Assembly: GCA_044222185.1 (NCBI GenBank)
Contig: JBGANV010000001.1
Span: forward strand, 192,001 to 256,000
Direction: 5' to 3'
DNA: 64,000 nt
Source: Planctomycetota bacterium
GTDB lineage: Bacteria; Planctomycetota; GCA-002687715; CAIWVZ01
Positions 45,792 to 53,516 of this stretch are shown here, in pieces. The notes beneath the pieces are model-generated. The model searched no databases. It saw only the letters and a program-made list of their open reading frames with translations, and was not told where the DNA came from. Positions within the stretch are counted from its first letter, which is position 1, and each line of letters begins with the position of its first letter. The position numbers were made by a program, and so were the translations under genes.

Positions 45792-45817
45792 CATGACAGT
45801 TGCATCATGACAGTTGC
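45792..45817. repeat. Perfect 12-bp direct repeat CATGACAGTTGC x2 (period 14 bp)
   Basis: Copies at 45792-45803 and 45806-45817; weaker copy GTGTCAGTTAC at 45751-45761. Confidence 0.85.
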
Positions 45818-45827
45818 GGTGTATAAC
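45800..45827 (+). promoter_or_regulatory. Putative sigma70 promoter of the MerR-like gene, overlapped by the direct repeat
   Basis: TTGCAT (45800-45805)-16 nt-TATAAC (45822-45827) in an AT-rich divergent spacer. Confidence 0.5.
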
Positions 45828-45865
45828 AGCCGCCGTCGACCCCACCCATAGGGACGAGGATCCTG

Positions 45866-46120
45866 GTGCCTCCCAAGCCACAGAAGCTCTTCAAGATTGG
45901 TGAGTTGATGGAGTACTCGGGCCTTTCCCGACAAACCATCCACAACTACACGATGCTCGGCCTGATCAAGTCGGCCAAGCGCACAGGGGCCGGCCACCGT
46001 CTCTACGACGAATCCGTGTTCGAACTGCTGGAGCGCATCAAGTCGCTGCGGTCGTCGCACACGCTGGAGGAGATCCGAACGATGCTCGGCCAGGACGCCG
46101 GGGTCAAAGCCAAGACATGA
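45866..46120 (+). CDS. Minimal MerR-family HTH protein (no effector domain)
   Basis: FKIGEL...SGLSRQTIHNY...GLI....RT..GHRLY...L..I..L....LEEI; only 84 aa. Confidence 0.85.
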   Translation: MPPKPQKLFKIGELMEYSGLSRQTIHNYTMLGLIKSAKRTGAGHRLYDESVFELLERIKSLRSSHTLEEIRTMLGQDAGVKAKT

Positions 46121-46128
46121 CCGAAAAC

Positions 46129-46265
46129 GCTCCTCTGTCATGGGGAGCCGGGCGGCGTTTCCGTACGGGACCTTTCGCCGCCCGCCCAACTCGCTTCAGG
46201 GGGATCTTCGACCCGAGGTCCGTGGGACCTCGGTGAAGCCATCACTCGATACCCGATACCTTCTA
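46129..46265 (+). ncRNA. Candidate structured 3' UTR / small RNA
   Basis: Three consecutive hairpins (7, 9 and 9+6 bp) between the MerR-like stop and the terminator. Confidence 0.35.
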
Positions 46266-46280
46266 TCTCTCTGAGGCGGG

Positions 46281-46314
46281 GGCGAGGTCGCGCAAGCGGC
46301 CTCGCCTTTTTTTT
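46281..46314 (+). terminator. Rho-independent terminator
   Basis: GGCGAGGTCGC-GCAA-GCGGCCTCGCC followed by T8. Confidence 0.9.
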
Positions 46315-46475
46315 CGGGGCCCGCATGAAGACGGGATGCGGGCAGCCCTCGGGGCCGCGATCGTCGCGTGCCGGGTACACTCCGGCCTCGGGATCCCCGT
46401 TCGTCGACCGTGTGAGGGCTCCGCTGCGGATCTCGAACCGGGTTGGAATCGACCGGGCTCTGGAGGCCACCGACG

Positions 46476-48503
46476 GTGTCCGCATTCCGCACAGCCCTTC
46501 TCAGCTTGCTGGTTGCCACGGCGCTCGACGCCCAGGCGGCGGTGCCGATCGCCACGGAGGCCGCAGCGGACCTGAAGACCGTCGAGACGCTCAAGGCCTT
46601 CGAACCCAAGGGCGGGGGACCGAAGCGACTTCGCCCGTCCCTCGGGATCCGATTCGGCGCGTACCGCTCGGCCGGCGCGGAGATCCAAGCCCTCGATCCG
46701 GGCTCACCGGCAGCGGCGGAAGGGCTCCTTCCAGGCGACGTCGTTCGCGTCATCGGCAACGTGAGGATCGTCGACGCGGAGGACCTCGAGATTGCGTTAG
46801 GTGCCTTACGGATCGGAGTCCCGATCACCCTCACGGTGCGGCGACCGGCCGTGAAGCGCGACGCGGTGGTCGAGCCGACACCGGCCGACAAGGCTGGCGA
46901 TCCGGGGTTCGACTATCGACACGCGCAGGGCCGCTTCGTCGTGAGCGCGGTCAGGGCCGGAACGGGCGCGGCACGCGCCGGCCTGAAGGTGGGCGACACC
47001 TTCACGCAGGTGAACGGTGCCGTGTACTCGGGAGTGACGTCGCTCCGGCGCGCCCTTTCGAACATGTCGCGTTTCACGGTCTCCGTGCAGCGCGACCAGG
47101 CAACACTACAGCCCGTGATGAAGCCGGCGGGCGCGAAGGAGGAGGAGGTCCTCGACTGGAAGGGCAAATCGTTCAACCTCGCCGTCCTCCTCGTCGAGTT
47201 CCCGGATCGAAAGCACAACGCCAGTTACGTGAGCAAGGACTTCGAGCGGCTCATGTTCTCCGTCGGTGAGTACGCGAAGGCTCCGGATGGGCGAGCCGTG
47301 TACGGGAGCCTCCGCGACTACTACAAGGAGATCTCCGTCGGTACCTTCGACGTCCACGGGAAGGTTCTCGACTGGGTTTGCGTGCCCGAGAAGTGGGCCT
47401 ACTACGACGCGCAGGATCTCGGCGGCGGGGAGGCGGGGCCCCGGACCGTCTTCCACGACGCGCTGAAAGCGGCGCGCGACAAACACGGTGCATCGGCGCT
47501 CGACGGCTTCGACGGGATCGTCTTCCTGTATGCCGGGCCGCGCGACAGTCTGCGGGGAAGCCAGCTTTGGCCACACCGCGCGTCCGTCCAGGTCGGGTCG
47601 AAGGCAATCCCGTACTACATCATCGAGGAAGGCGGGGAGACGTTCACGTCCATCGGAGTCCATTGCCACGAGTTCGGCCACATGCTCGGGCTGCCGGACT
47701 TCTACGGCTATGGGCACCGGACGGGAGTCGGCCGGTTCTGCGTGATGGCGATCGGTCATCTCGGAGGCGGCGCGTCGGGCGCGGATCGGCCTTTCCACAT
47801 GTGTGCCTGGTGCAAGATCAAGCTCGGGTGGTTGACCGCGCGCACGATCCTGCCGTCCGATCGGCAACACCTCGCGTTGCGCGGCGTCGAGGGTCGGACG
47901 ACGGAGGCGTTGAAGATCCCGCTTTCGCCGACGGGCGAGGAGTACTACCTCCTCGAAGTTCGCGACCGCGTCGGATTCGACGCTGATTTCTTCCGCGACG
48001 GCCTCGTGATCTGGCACGTCGGCGACGACGGTGCGCGCGAGCGGGGTCAGATCAGCGTCCCCATCGACCTCGTCGAGGCTCACGGGAAGAGGTTCTTCGA
48101 TGCGTCCCTCCGCGAGGAGAGCGAGATCCTCTTTCCGAACACGCGCCTGGCGGCGTTCACCCCGTTCACCGTGCCGAGCAGTCGGAGCAACCTCGCGGGC
48201 GGGTACGACGTGATGCTGACGGGCCTTCAGGTCTACGTCCCGGCGACCATGGAGAAGGACGCGAAGATCACCCCTGGCGCCGTGTTCTTCTGGGTCGGCG
48301 ACCGCGACCGTGTGACCACGACGAAGGGTGCGGAGCCAGAGCAGCCGACCTATCCCGATGGGAAACCCGTGATGGCGCTGGACCCGATCACGAAGCTCCC
48401 CGTGCCGTTCACCGTCGACAAGAATGGCGTCGCCGCGCCCGGGCCCGCGATCATGCCGAGGAAGAAGCCGGGGGAGGAGCCGCCGAACTCAGGGAAGCCG
48501 TGA
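46476..48503 (+). CDS. Exported M6 (immune inhibitor A-like) metallopeptidase with two N-terminal PDZ domains
   Basis: GGAGG RBS then GTG; signal peptide; PDZ motifs GSPAAAEGL.PGDVV and GAARAGLKVGD; LLVEFPD, GSLRDYY.EIS.G, WPH, HEFGHMLGLPDFY, K.KLGW, EYYLLE.R. Confidence 0.88.
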   Translation: MSAFRTALLSLLVATALDAQAAVPIATEAAADLKTVETLKAFEPKGGGPKRLRPSLGIRFGAYRSAGAEIQALDPGSPAAAEGLLPGDVVRVIGNVRIVDAEDLEIALGALRIGVPITLTVRRPAVKRDAVVEPTPADKAGDPGFDYRHAQGRFVVSAVRAGTGAARAGLKVGDTFTQVNGAVYSGVTSLRRALSNMSRFTVSVQRDQATLQPVMKPAGAKEEEVLDWKGKSFNLAVLLVEFPDRKHNASYVSKDFERLMFSVGEYAKAPDGRAVYGSLRDYYKEISVGTFDVHGKVLDWVCVPEKWAYYDAQDLGGGEAGPRTVFHDALKAARDKHGASALDGFDGIVFLYAGPRDSLRGSQLWPHRASVQVGSKAIPYYIIEEGGETFTSIGVHCHEFGHMLGLPDFYGYGHRTGVGRFCVMAIGHLGGGASGADRPFHMCAWCKIKLGWLTARTILPSDRQHLALRGVEGRTTEALKIPLSPTGEEYYLLEVRDRVGFDADFFRDGLVIWHVGDDGARERGQISVPIDLVEAHGKRFFDASLREESEILFPNTRLAAFTPFTVPSSRSNLAGGYDVMLTGLQVYVPATMEKDAKITPGAVFFWVGDRDRVTTTKGAEPEQPTYPDGKPVMALDPITKLPVPFTVDKNGVAAPGPAIMPRKKPGEEPPNSGKP

Positions 48504-48612
48504 GCCGATTGGGTCGCGCTGCGACAGCGTCGGTATCGACGGCCGTCGGGCACGGTGGGGCGGTCCCCTCGCGGAAGCGCGTCGTCCCGACTGCGCATGG
48601 CGCGGCGCGAGT

Positions 48613-50235
48613 TCAGGCCGAAGGACCTTCTCGTCCGTCCGTCCGGGGCGAGTCGTCGAGCACGGCCCGAACGATCGACCTGAGGCCACGAGTGGCGAAG
48701 GGCTTCTCGATCCGCTGATTCGACACTTGGTCGAGAAAAGCTCGGGATCGGGGCGTGAACGCGCCGCCGGTCATGAACACCATCCGCTCGGCCTGGGACA
48801 CGGAGATGGCCTTCACGGCGTCGTACACGTCGATCCCGGTCATTTCGGGCATCATGAGGTCGCAAAGGATGACGTCGAAGCGATCACCGCGTGAGATCAA
48901 CTCGACTGCGCTCCGGCCACGGTCGGCCCGCGTGACGTCGTGTTCGGATCCGAGGATCCGGTCGATGAGTTGCAACAGCACCGCTTCGTCGTCGATCACG
49001 AGGACGCGGCCACGGCGGGCCGGGGGCGTTGCTCCTGTCGAATCCGCGCTCGACGCCCTGGTGCTCTGGGGCTGGAAGGCCTGGGGGATCTCCACCGTGA
49101 AGCGGCTTCCTCTCCCGACGGTACTCTCGAAGGCGATCCGGCCCCCGAGCGATCGGACGATCTGATGGCTGATGGCCAGGCCCAGCCCCGTTCCAGCCCC
49201 TGGGGGCTTGGTCGTGAAGAACGGCGTGAAGATGCGCTTCTGCGCGTCGGGCGCGATCCCGCAGCCCGTGTCCGTGACGTCGACGGCAACCCAGCCCTCG
49301 GCCGTCACGCGTGTCGTGACGCGGATCTCGTTTTCGGAGGCTCTGCCCTCCGGAATCGCGTGCGCCGCGTTGACGATCAGGTTCAAGAAGACCTGACTGA
49401 GCCGCGACTGGTTGACCTCGACGAGCGAGACCTGCCCGTAATCCTTGATGAGTCGGGCGCGGTGGCGGACCTCGTTCCAGACCATGCGGACGACGGGGTC
49501 CAGGATCTGGTGGATGTCGAACGTCCCTCGCGTGTCCTCCTCGGTCCGTGAGAAGACGCGCAGGTCACGGACGATCTGGCGGATCCGCTCGCTCGCCTCC
49601 CGTGCGTCCGACAGGCAGTTACGGAGTGCCTTCATCGCGTCGGCGTTCGACTTCGCTCCATCCATCTCGGCGAACGCAAGCTCGATGTTCCCGAGGACGG
49701 CGCCGAGCGGGTTGTTGATCTCGTGCGCGAGTCCGGCGGACAACGATCCGAGCGCTGCGAGACGATCCGACATCATGAGCTGCATCTCGAACCTCTTCCG
49801 CTCGGTGACGTCTCGGATGGAGGCCAGGACGGAGCGCTCGCCGTCCCATTCGCATTCGACGACGCGCATCTCGCCGACGCGTTCGCCCTCGGGCGTCGTG
49901 AAGTTGCGTTCGACGCTGCGTCCCGCCGGTTCCAAGATGGGGAGGCGCTCGCCATCGAGGTCTTCTCTCCGTCGCCCAAACAGAGAGAGGGCATTCGAGT
50001 TCACGAGCTTGATGGAGCCCTCCCGGTCCGTGATCACGACCGAGTCCGAGCTGGCTTCGAGCAGGTGGTGGCACAAGCGCTCGCGTTCCTGTCGCCGCGC
50101 ACGCTCCAGTGCGAGTGCAATCGTCGTCGCTGCGAGTTGGATGCCCGTGGGGTCGCTGGCCACCACGGCGGCTGCCCCTGAGCCGGTCAGGGCTGCATGG
50201 GTCGTTTCCAATGGCGGAGGCGCGACGACGATCAC
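48613..50235 (-). CDS. Hybrid histidine kinase (PAS-HisKA-HATPase-REC); N-terminal receiver cut off by an upstream in-frame TAG
   Basis: AHEINNPL, QVFLNLIVNA, DTGCGI, FFTTK, GTGLGL; REC VIDDE..CDLMMP..MTGG..KPF; true start uncertain. Confidence 0.85.
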   Translation of the reverse strand: MIVVAPPPLETTHAALTGSGAAAVVASDPTGIQLAATTIALALERARRQERERLCHHLLEASSDSVVITDREGSIKLVNSNALSLFGRRREDLDGERLPILEPAGRSVERNFTTPEGERVGEMRVVECEWDGERSVLASIRDVTERKRFEMQLMMSDRLAALGSLSAGLAHEINNPLGAVLGNIELAFAEMDGAKSNADAMKALRNCLSDAREASERIRQIVRDLRVFSRTEEDTRGTFDIHQILDPVVRMVWNEVRHRARLIKDYGQVSLVEVNQSRLSQVFLNLIVNAAHAIPEGRASENEIRVTTRVTAEGWVAVDVTDTGCGIAPDAQKRIFTPFFTTKPPGAGTGLGLAISHQIVRSLGGRIAFESTVGRGSRFTVEIPQAFQPQSTRASSADSTGATPPARRGRVLVIDDEAVLLQLIDRILGSEHDVTRADRGRSAVELISRGDRFDVILCDLMMPEMTGIDVYDAVKAISVSQAERMVFMTGGAFTPRSRAFLDQVSNQRIEKPFATRGLRSIVRAVLDDSPRTDGREGPSA

Positions 50236-50565
50236 TGGCGTCGCGCCGGCGGCGGCGACGACATTCGAGACGGTCGCTTCGGCGGTTGCGGCTGGCTAGC
50301 AGAGACCGAGAAGGATCCCGTCGCAGCTTCGCCGTGCGAGCCACTCGGACACATCGGCGACGCCGACCCTCGCAACGACCTCGAAGCCCGGTGCCGCTGG
50401 TATCGATGTCTCGTGCGATGGCGGGATCGCCGCGTCGTCACTCGCGATGACGGCCAGCATACGCGGCGTCGGCCCGCTCGAGATGCCTCCTTCTCTCGCG
50501 CCACGATCGTGGCGTGCCGCGGCGTGGTGACTGCCGGAAGCCTGCCCGCGATCGAACATCCCCAT
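50236..50565 (-). pseudogene. N-terminal degenerate receiver-domain fragment in frame with the kinase, interrupted by TAG at 50296-50298
   Basis: Reads ..FEVVARVGVADVSEWLARRSCDGILLGLC*PAATAEATV..TPVIVV.., matching the REC pattern D.ILLDL.LPD...PIIV. Confidence 0.6.
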
Positions 50566-51819
50566 GCTCTCGCGGCCGCCGTCATCGGCGCCATGGAACC
50601 CCGGATTCGGTTGGGGCATGTGTCTACCTCTCGGATCGGCTGGCGCGCCGATCTCGCCTTCACCGGCACCCGTGCATTTCAGGTGATGCTATCGGGAGTC
50701 CGCAGGCTCCGTTGGTTTCGTCGCACACGCTTCGAGGAGTGAAACGGTCGGTCAGACGTGTGCTTTCATTCACTGGAGTTCATCTCTGAGGCTCCCACGG
50801 GAATGTCGCGGACCGCATGCGACGGTGCCATCAGGTCTCCTGCGATCATCGACGCCGGAATCCTGGCCGGCATTGTCGCGAAACGCCCTGTGCAGCTTCA
50901 ACGAGGTCTGATGGCGGCACCTGTCTGTGGCAGGCGACACTCCGTACGCGGAACGTCGAGCGCGTGAGCGTGGAGAGGCGGGGCACGCCGCGGGCTCGCG
51001 GCCCGTGCAGTCCGACGTCGTATCGGTGAACGCTCCGGTGCCGTCCCACGGCTGGATCGCGGTGGCACGAGAGAGCACGAACTCTCGGATCGACCTGTGG
51101 TTCGGAACACGCCCGAATCCAGCAACGACGACGAGGGGGACACGCCTGGGTGGCAGGGCGAGGACGCATCGTGTTCGCGCGAAACGATGCCGATCAGGCG
51201 CAGCTCCTTCAGGAAACGGCGACTGAATCTGAGGACGGAGCCGCGCTCAGCCTGTCCGTCGACTTCGCGATGTGCGGCGGTGCTCGAGCTGAGCTGAGTG
51301 GCTCGTCTCCTCCGTTGATGACGTTGCGCCTTCGGCGTCTTCGGCGGCGGCCTTGCCGGCCTGGTCCGCGAGCCCGACGTCGTGTTGCCCGGCGTCGTGA
51401 AACCGAGACTGGTCGAGCCTCGGTTCACTCCAACGAGGCGCAACCGGTCGCGCGCGGGAATCTCGGAAGCGGGCCTGACGTTCCACGATCGCGATTCGAC
51501 CTTCCAAGAGGACGGCTGCGGTTCGGTGGTCCGCTCCGTCGGCTCGATCGTGGTCGAATTCTCGCGCTCGTGGGGCTCGCTCGGCGCGGCTGAACGTCCT
51601 CGCTGATTCAGCGCGCCCTGGCTCCGTCCGGGCAGTTTGCAGCGGAGATCACCTCGTCGTCCACGAACCCTTGCGCGCCGCACCGACTGCCGCCGTCATC
51701 AGCGGCCCGCTTTCTCGCGGCGGCGGCCTCGCTGCCGTGCGCGTCCCGCCCTCGATGCGGTGGTGCCGTGATCCGAGCCCGCGACGTGAATCCCAAACCG
51801 TCGCGCGCTGGCCACGCGA

Positions 51820-53319
51820 TCACCTGGGCGGCTGGCGCTCGCGGAGACGGATCGAATCGAGGCCCAGGTAACGGCCCGTCGAGACGGCGTTCTTGCCTGC
51901 GAGCTCGAAGCGGAGAACGTGCTTGCCGGGTTTCGGCGCGAACGTCCCCAGCGAGATCTCCTCCACGTGGGTCTCGGCGGCGTAGAGGTCGAGCGCGTCC
52001 ACCTTCACCTCTCCGTCCAGCTTGATGCGCCAGATCCCGAAGTCGTAGCTGCGTGTGAGCGGCAGGACGACGGCGCGCCGATCCGTCGGCGTCCACTCGA
52101 AGGTCACGTCGACCGCGGCGGTGTCCGACTCGGTCTTCACGAAGAGCTGACCCGGGGGAGTCCAGTCGTAGCCGGCCTGGAGACTCGGAGTCGCGTTCGT
52201 GGCCGTGGCGCCTGCGAGCAGCGCCGCGCCGTCCACGATGACGTCGATCACTGGTGGGACTCGCGCTGGCGCCGGCGGAAGGGAAGCAAACCGCTTGGGT
52301 TGTCCCAACTGGTACCAGAACGCGACGGTCGCGAAGTCGTCGAACCGTTCCGTGTGCCCGTGGATCTTGCCGTCGGGCTTCTCGTCGCCCGGCACCCAGC
52401 CTTTGTGCTCGACGGTGACGCGAAGCGACTTCTGGAATCGCACGGGGTCGTTCAGATGCCAGCGATACGCACTGGTGATCTGGCCGATGTGTCCCCATCC
52501 ACCTTCGAGCAGCGTCGTGCCGCTGTACGGGAAACTGTTCAGCTTCAGCCCCCAAGCCGAAAGGAAGTAGTCCTCAGTCCCCGTGCCTCGGATCGAGGGC
52601 TTCTCCTCACCGTCGATGTAGAAGCAGTCGTCGCCTTCACCGAACCACTCGGGGGACCGCGAGCGCACGGAGAGGACGCAGCCGACGTAGTGCCCGCGAC
52701 CGACGGCGTCCAGGATGAGGTAATCGCGTCCGGCCACCGCGGGGAACTCCTGCCGATACTGGGCGCAGAAGTACGGGGCGTCGTCGGCGACCGCGACCGC
52801 CTCCCAATCGAGGTGGAAGTACGTCGAGTTCAGCGGCTTCTGGCTCTCGTTCGTCAGCGTCACCTTCGCGGACTTGCGAAATGGCATGGGCCAGAAGGCG
52901 TTGTAGGAGTCGCCGTCCTCCACTTGGACGGGGACCGACCGCACCTCGCGGCGCCGCCCGAACCCGACGGCGAAGAAATCACCGACCGGCGATTCCACGG
53001 CCGGTTCGGTGGAGTCGTCCCAGTAGAAGCGGATGACGATCTCGTCGGGGCGCGCACCGCCGTCCTTCGCGAGCCAGGACGGTCGTGCCTCGGGGAACGT
53101 GAGCCAGAGGTGGCGGATGATGCCCGGCCCCGTGAGCTCGGCGAGGACGCGTGTTTCACCGGGCTTGACGCGCAGGTTGTCCCCGTTGCTGTTTGGATCC
53201 GGCGACGCGGACGACACGCGGTGTGTGCGGCCGTCGCCGAGTTTCAGGAGGCCGTCGAGGCCCGCATTCTGGGAAAGTGCAGAGACGAGGCACGCCGCGG
53301 CGATGAGGAGCGTTCGCAT
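51820..53319 (-). CDS. Exported DUF2961 / glycoside hydrolase family 172 protein
   Basis: Signal peptide; RVSS.....NGD, GPGII.H.W, YWD...PAVE.PVGDFF, N.FWPMPF, WFGEGD, GTGTEDYF, YRWH..DP..F; extra C-terminal beta domain. Confidence 0.88.
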   Translation of the reverse strand: MRTLLIAAACLVSALSQNAGLDGLLKLGDGRTHRVSSASPDPNSNGDNLRVKPGETRVLAELTGPGIIRHLWLTFPEARPSWLAKDGGARPDEIVIRFYWDDSTEPAVESPVGDFFAVGFGRRREVRSVPVQVEDGDSYNAFWPMPFRKSAKVTLTNESQKPLNSTYFHLDWEAVAVADDAPYFCAQYRQEFPAVAGRDYLILDAVGRGHYVGCVLSVRSRSPEWFGEGDDCFYIDGEEKPSIRGTGTEDYFLSAWGLKLNSFPYSGTTLLEGGWGHIGQITSAYRWHLNDPVRFQKSLRVTVEHKGWVPGDEKPDGKIHGHTERFDDFATVAFWYQLGQPKRFASLPPAPARVPPVIDVIVDGAALLAGATATNATPSLQAGYDWTPPGQLFVKTESDTAAVDVTFEWTPTDRRAVVLPLTRSYDFGIWRIKLDGEVKVDALDLYAAETHVEEISLGTFAPKPGKHVLRFELAGKNAVSTGRYLGLDSIRLRERQPPR

Positions 53320-53516
53320 GGCGGCGCATCTTGGGCCGAAATGCCGCTGGTGTGAAGCCCTCGACCGGCTTGCGGGCTCCCATGGGGGCGTTTTCAATGA
53401 AGCCCTTCGCAGATCGGCCCATGAGAGGTCGGCCTGGACTCGACGACGATGTGTGCGCAGCGACCCGCATCCGCAACACTCGGTGCCGGGCCGATCCGGC
53501 GCGCAGGAGGTTCGCC

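Noticed and set aside
50296-50298. Pyrrolysine or genome-wide amber recoding
   Set aside because: TAG is an ordinary stop here (ffh, tsaD, gltA); the codon aligns with Leu in a decayed domain; no pyl genes are in the window.
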